Of a DNA stretch of 28,379 nt, positions 23,916-28,379 are shown piece after piece (within the stretch, counting starts at the first letter, position 1; each line of letters opens with the position of its first letter). Under the pieces are notes generated by a model that searched no databases, was not told where the DNA came from, and saw only the letters and a program-made list of their open reading frames with translations. A program made the position numbers and the translations under genes. This DNA is from an uncultured Actinomycetes bacterium. Lineage in GTDB: Bacteria > Actinomycetota > Acidimicrobiia > Acidimicrobiales > Microtrichaceae. The stretch covers positions 1 through 28,379 of the forward strand of contig CAIYXG010000470.1 of NCBI GenBank assembly GCA_903930035.1, in the 5' to 3' direction.

Positions 23916-25970
23916 TCAGACGTCCAGGGACTCGCGGTCGACAAGGTCGGAGTGGTCCAGCAGGTACTGGCGCCGCCGCCCGACGTCGTTGCCCATGAGG
24001 GTCTCGAAGAGGGCCGCCGCCGCGACGCCGTCCTCCATGGTGATGCGCCGCAGGATCCGTGTGCCCTTGTCGAGGCAGGTGACCGCCAGCTCCTCGACGT
24101 CCATCTCGCCCAGCCCCTTGAACCGCACCCACTGCAGGTTCTCGGCCTTGCGGTTGCCCTTGGTCAGCTCCTCGGTGAGGTCGAGCTTCTCCTGCTCGCT
24201 GAACGCGTGCACGACCTTGTCGCCCACCTTGACCGTGTAGAGCGGCGGCTGGGCGGCGTAGACGCGCCCCTCCTCGAGGAGCGGCCGCATGTAGAGGTGG
24301 ATGAGCGTGAGCAGCAGGCACCGGATGTGGCTGCCGTCGACGTCGGCGTCGCACAGGATGATGATCCGGCCGTAGCGGGCGTTCTCGATCTTGAAGTCGG
24401 CGCCCTGGCCCGCCCCGACGGCGGTGAAGAGCGCCTGCGCCTCGGCGTTCTCGACCACCTGCTTGAGGGTGGACTTGCCGGCGTTCACGACCTTGCCCCG
24501 CAGCGGCAGCACGGCCATGTACTCGGCGTTGCGGCCGGCCTTGGCGGGCCCTGCGGCCGAGTCGCCCTCCACGATGAGCAGCTCGGAGTCCTCGCCGTGC
24601 TGGCGGCAGTCGGCGAGCTTGTCGGGCATGCCGGCCGAGTTGAGCTGGGCGGCGCGGCGCTTGGCGTCCTGGGTGGCCTTGGTGCTGACCCGGGTCAGCA
24701 CGGCCTGCGCCACCTTGTCGCGCAGCGCGGCGACGTGGGTCTTGCGGCCGACCGACTCGATCCAGTTGGTGAGCCCGGCCCGCACGACCTCGTTCACGAT
24801 GCCGGTGATGGGCGGCGTGCCCAGCTCCTGCTTGGTCTGGCCCTTGAACTGCGGCTCGGGGAACGTGACCTTGACGGCGGCGACCAGCCCCTCCTGGACG
24901 TCGGTCTTCTCGGCCCGGTCCTGGCCGGACCTGGACAGCTTGGCCAGCTTCTTGGTGCCGGTCAGGAGCGTGTCGTTGACCACCTTGGTGAGTGCCCGGT
25001 CGAACCCGGCGACGTGCGTGCCGCCCTCTGGGGTGGGGATGGTGTTCACGAAGCTGGTGACCACCGTGTCGTAGCCCTTCGTCCAGCGCATCGCGACGTC
25101 CACCGTGCACTGCCGCTCGACCACGGTCATCTTCCCGTCGACCGGGACCTTCTCCTCGAAGGTGCCCGTCCCGTGGAGCGTGATGACCTCGGTGACGGCC
25201 TCGCCCACGGACTGCGAGTCCACCAGGTCGGCGAGGCCGCCCTTGGCGACGAACTCCTCGTCCTTCCCGCCGCTGCGCTTGTCCGACAGGCGGACCTTGA
25301 GGCCGGGCACCAGGAAGCACACCTGGACGCAGTGCTCGCGGACGAGCTGCGGGTCGATGCTCAGGCCGGGGTCGAACACGTCGAGGTCGGGCCAGAACCG
25401 GACCCGGGTGCCCGTGCGCTTGGGCGGCACCTTGCCGGTGACCTTGAGGCTGGACCCGGGCTTGAAGCCGCCCTTGGCGTCGATCTGGCCGGGGACCCGT
25501 TCGACGAAGCAGAGGCGGTGCGTGGCGCCGTCCCGGTCGACCTCGGCCACGACCTTGGCCGCGAGCGCGTTGACGACCGACGCGCCGACGCCGTGCAGGC
25601 CGCCCGACGACGAGTAGGCGCCGGTGCCGAACTTGCCGCCGGCATGGAGCTCGGTGAACACGATCTCCAGCGCCGTGCGCGCGCCGTCCTTTTTGCCGAT
25701 CGGGATGCCGCGGCCGTTGTCGGACACCTCCACCGAACCGTCCTTGTGGAGCGTGACCTCGATCAGGTTGGCGAACCCGGCGGCGGCCTCGTCCACGGCG
25801 TTGTCGATGAGCTCCCACACCAGGTGGTGCAGGCCCTCCGGCCCCGTGCCACCGATGTACATGCCCGGCCGCTTGCGGACGGCGTCGAGGCCGGCGAGCA
25901 GCTGGATGCTCTTCTCGTCGTAGGAGTCGTTCGTGCGGTTCGTCGGTCCGCTGCCGGTCGTGCGCGCCAT
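23916..25970 (-). CDS. parE: Type IIA topoisomerase subunit B, actinobacterial topoisomerase IV (ParE)-like
   Basis: GHKL motifs (ELIDNAVDE, DNGRGIP, LHAGGKF, GLHGVGASVVNALA), TOPRIM EGDSAAGPAK, PLRGK, DADVDG, RFKGLGEM. 684 aa, without the long proteobacterial GyrB insert. The departure from the GyrB EGDSAGGSAK consensus favours the ParE-like paralog. Confidence 0.85.
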   Translation of the reverse strand: MARTTGSGPTNRTNDSYDEKSIQLLAGLDAVRKRPGMYIGGTGPEGLHHLVWELIDNAVDEAAAGFANLIEVTLHKDGSVEVSDNGRGIPIGKKDGARTALEIVFTELHAGGKFGTGAYSSSGGLHGVGASVVNALAAKVVAEVDRDGATHRLCFVERVPGQIDAKGGFKPGSSLKVTGKVPPKRTGTRVRFWPDLDVFDPGLSIDPQLVREHCVQVCFLVPGLKVRLSDKRSGGKDEEFVAKGGLADLVDSQSVGEAVTEVITLHGTGTFEEKVPVDGKMTVVERQCTVDVAMRWTKGYDTVVTSFVNTIPTPEGGTHVAGFDRALTKVVNDTLLTGTKKLAKLSRSGQDRAEKTDVQEGLVAAVKVTFPEPQFKGQTKQELGTPPITGIVNEVVRAGLTNWIESVGRKTHVAALRDKVAQAVLTRVSTKATQDAKRRAAQLNSAGMPDKLADCRQHGEDSELLIVEGDSAAGPAKAGRNAEYMAVLPLRGKVVNAGKSTLKQVVENAEAQALFTAVGAGQGADFKIENARYGRIIILCDADVDGSHIRCLLLTLIHLYMRPLLEEGRVYAAQPPLYTVKVGDKVVHAFSEQEKLDLTEELTKGNRKAENLQWVRFKGLGEMDVEELAVTCLDKGTRILRRITMEDGVAAAALFETLMGNDVGRRRQYLLDHSDLVDRESLDV

Positions 25971-26038
25971 GGCTCGTCAATCACACCACGGGGTGGCGAC
26001 GGCACCGGGGACCGTGCGGCGGACGGGGGCGGAGACGC

Positions 26039-28378
26039 TCACCACCGGCCCGTCCCGACGGCCAGGAACCGGCGCTTGGTGGCCTTGGACGCCAGGTCGC
26101 GCGCCGTGTGGGGGACGGTGAGCGGCTCGGCCTTGGGGTCCGGCCGGGTGGGGTTGTCCGCCTGGCCCACCACCACCAGCAGGCCCTCCTCGGGGCCGAC
26201 GTAGGCCCAGTCCAGCTGGGACTCGGTCCGGAACTTGGTCAGCCGGAGCCCGCCGGTGGCCCGACCCTTGAGCGGGATCTCCGCCGCGTCCGTGACCTTC
26301 GCGGTCTGGGCGTCGGACACCGTGAGCACGATCGTGTCGTCGTCGGCGGTCCCGGCCGCCACCACGGTCGCGCCGTCGGTGAGCTTCATGCCGGCGACGC
26401 CGCCCGCGCCGCGGCCCTGGACGGCGACCGTGCCGGCGCCGCACCGCATGGCCTGCGCGTTCGACGACACGGTCACGACCTCGGCCGAGTCGGGGGCCGG
26501 GAAGACGGCGACCACCTTGTCGCCGGGCTTGAGCTTGATGCACGGCTTGGCGGCGGGGGTGCCGCAGACCTCCTCGACCGTGAGCCGCTTCATGACGCCC
26601 TGGGCGGTGACCAGCATGAGCGGCGGCGGGACGTCGCCCCCGGCCGGGGCGGTCACCACCGACAGGACCTCCTCGCCCTTGTCGAGCGGGGCCAGCTCGC
26701 CGACGGCGGTGCCGCGGGACCGCCCCGTGACCTCGCCGAGCGCCATGACCGTGGTGGGGCAGACCCGGCCGCGGCTGGTGACCAGCCACAGCTGCCCGTG
26801 CGTGGTCGTCCCGACCCGGGCCGTGAGGACGTCGTGGCGGCCGAACGTGCCGGCCCGCCCGCCGTCGACCGGCTCGCGGCCCAGCAGGCCCGACTGCGAG
26901 AGCGTCACGACGCACGGCTCGTCGGCCACGTTGGCGATCTCCTCGGCCATCGCCTGCTCGAGCGTGACGTCGTCGAGCTGGTCCGGCGTGAGCACACGGG
27001 TGCGCCGCGCCGTGCCGTACTTCTCGGTGAGCTCGTCGAGCTCCTTCAGGACGATGGTCCGGCGCCGCTGCTCGGAGGCCAGGATCTTCTCGAAGTCGTC
27101 GATCCGGGTGCGCAGCTCGCCCGCCTCGGTCTCGAGCTCCAGCTTGGCCAGGGCGGTGAGCCGACGGAGCTGCATGTCCAGGATGTGGACGGCCTGGACC
27201 TCCGACAGGTCGAGCTCTGCCATGAGGCGGTCGCGGGCCTCGGTGGCGTCCTGGGAGGACCGGATGATGCTGACGACCAGGTCGATGGCGTCGAGCGCGA
27301 CCAGCAGTCCCTCCACCAGGTGCAGCCGGCGGCGCGCCTTCTCCAGGCGGAACTCGGTGCGGCGCCGGACGACCTCCAGACGGTGGTCGACGTAGTGCTG
27401 GCACAGGTCGTAGAGGCCGACGGTGGTGGGCACCCCCTCGACGAGCACGACGTTGTTCACGCCGAACGTCTCCTCGAGCGGGGTCTGCCGGTAGAGCTCG
27501 GTGAGCACGGCCCGTCCGTTGGCCCCGGGCCGCAGCTCGATCTCGATGCGCAGACCGGTGTGGCGGTCGGAGGTGTTCTTGACGTCGGTGACCATCGGGA
27601 GCTTGTCGGTGCGCATGAGCTCCTGGATGCGCGAGACGACCCGCTCCGGGCCGACCTGGTAGGGGAGCTCGGTCACGACGATGCCCTCGCGGGCCCGGGT
27701 CAGCTGGACCACCTCGGCGGTGGCGCGGACCCGAAAGCTGCCGCGCCCGGTCTCGTACGCCTCGGCCAGGCCGTCGTCGACCACGATGCCGCCCGAGGGG
27801 AAGTCGGGTCCCGGTACCAGGGCCATGAGCTCGGCCGTGGTGGGCTTCGGCCGGCGCTTGGTCATGACGAGCCGGATGGCCTCGGTGATCTCCCGCAGGT
27901 TGTGCGGCGCCATGTTGGTGGCCATACCGACGGCAATACCGGCTGCTCCGTTGACGAGCAAGTTTGGAATTTTGGTCGGTAATACGCTTGGCTCTTGAAG
28001 GGAGTCATCGAAGTTAGGGCGGAAGTCGACCGTTTCTTTTTCGAGGTCGTCGAGCATTTCTTCGGCAATTTTTCGCAAACGCGCTTCGGTGTAACGCATG
28101 GCTGCCGGACTATCGCCATCGACAGAACCAAAGTTTCCTTGCCCGTCTACTAAAGGATAGCGCAAAGACCAAGGTTGCGCCATGCGCACCATAGTGTCGT
28201 AAACAGAGCTGTCGCCGTGCGGGTGGTATTTTCCGAGTACTTCACCGACAATTCTTGCTGATTTCTTGTAGGGACGATTCGAGAATACGCCGAGATCTTG
28301 CATGCCGTAGAGCACGCGGCGGTGTACCGGTTTGAAACCATCGCGTACATCTGGGAGTGCGCGCGATACAATAACAGA
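26039..28378 (-). CDS. parC: Type IIA topoisomerase subunit A (5'-truncated by the window end); ParC-like body with a GyrA-like, low-GC N-terminal segment
   Basis: Frame is open to the window edge ([21 protein letters not shown]...), with [19 protein letters not shown] (catalytic Tyr), [16 protein letters not shown]. The CTD has no canonical QRRGGKG GyrA-box at its start. Confidence 0.85.
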   Translation of the reverse strand, partial: SVIVSRALPDVRDGFKPVHRRVLYGMQDLGVFSNRPYKKSARIVGEVLGKYHPHGDSSVYDTMVRMAQPWSLRYPLVDGQGNFGSVDGDSPAAMRYTEARLRKIAEEMLDDLEKETVDFRPNFDDSLQEPSVLPTKIPNLLVNGAAGIAVGMATNMAPHNLREITEAIRLVMTKRRPKPTTAELMALVPGPDFPSGGIVVDDGLAEAYETGRGSFRVRATAEVVQLTRAREGIVVTELPYQVGPERVVSRIQELMRTDKLPMVTDVKNTSDRHTGLRIEIELRPGANGRAVLTELYRQTPLEETFGVNNVVLVEGVPTTVGLYDLCQHYVDHRLEVVRRRTEFRLEKARRRLHLVEGLLVALDAIDLVVSIIRSSQDATEARDRLMAELDLSEVQAVHILDMQLRRLTALAKLELETEAGELRTRIDDFEKILASEQRRRTIVLKELDELTEKYGTARRTRVLTPDQLDDVTLEQAMAEEIANVADEPCVVTLSQSGLLGREPVDGGRAGTFGRHDVLTARVGTTTHGQLWLVTSRGRVCPTTVMALGEVTGRSRGTAVGELAPLDKGEEVLSVVTAPAGGDVPPPLMLVTAQGVMKRLTVEEVCGTPAAKPCIKLKPGDKVVAVFPAPDSAEVVTVSSNAQAMRCGAGTVAVQGRGAGGVAGMKLTDGATVVAAGTADDDTIVLTVSDAQTAKVTDAAEIPLKGRATGGLRLTKFRTESQLDWAYVGPEEGLLVVVGQADNPTRPDPKAEPLTVPHTARDLASKATKRRFLAVGTGRW

Positions 28379-28379
28379 C
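27935..28379 (-). other. Compositionally foreign segment (about 50% GC) encoding a canonical GyrA N-terminus
   Basis: Hand counts of 28/60 GC (27961-28020) and 33/60 GC (28141-28200). Frequent A/T-ending codons (AAA, TTA, ATT, CAA, TCT, GTA) that are nearly absent from the rest of the window. Confidence 0.9.

Noticed and set aside
76-27982. Numerous long overlapping ORFs in the track (e.g. 76..2238, 301..1647, 3976..6225, 11090..13300, 19109..21025, 23730..26204, 26108..27982)
   Set aside because: Shadow ORFs expected at >70% GC. They are Arg/Gly/Pro/Ala-rich or exact antisense frames of well-supported genes and have no family motifs.
28150-28371. 73-aa minus-strand ORF in the low-GC tail
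   Set aside because: Alternative frame of the clearly recognisable GyrA coding sequence.
1-28379. tRNA, rRNA, IS/transposase, integrase or prophage genes
   Set aside because: Intergenic gaps are short and accounted for; no cloverleaf, terminal inverted repeats with target duplication, or DDE/tyrosine-recombinase motifs were seen.

Overview
High-GC (about 70%+) actinobacterial chromosomal segment, most likely Acidimicrobiia judging by gene content and protein style (inference). It is mostly housekeeping and accessory genes: a translationally coupled hemE-hemH-hemG(Y) heme operon with a Bacillus-type ferrochelatase; a HelD-like ATPase; a DtxR/MntR-family regulator; a mycofactocin-type SDR, ketosteroid-isomerase-like protein and F420-type PPOX protein; a MacB/FtsX-type ABC exporter; GT2 and GT-C-like glycosyltransferases; a class III cyclase-STAND-TPR protein; a 1-Cys peroxiredoxin; a small Lys/Ala-tailed protein; an operon of two acyltransferase-3 genes plus lhgO; and a type IIA topoisomerase pair (ParE-like B, ParC-like A). 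No rRNA, tRNA, CRISPR array or transposase was seen. Two things stand out. (1) The small gene at 19505-19858 is flanked by structured UTRs, including three consecutive hairpins with unrelated stems whose loops all contain TCCCCCC at an exact 36-nt pitch, plus a fourth C6-loop hairpin in the 5' leader. (2) The last ~450 nt switch abruptly to about 50% GC and encode a canonical, Bacteroidota-like GyrA N-terminus joined in frame, inside the conserved [10 protein letters not shown] motif, to an actinobacterial ParC-like gene. This is most likely an assembly or PCR chimera, less likely a real inter-phylum mosaic. All homology calls come from motif recognition, not database searches.
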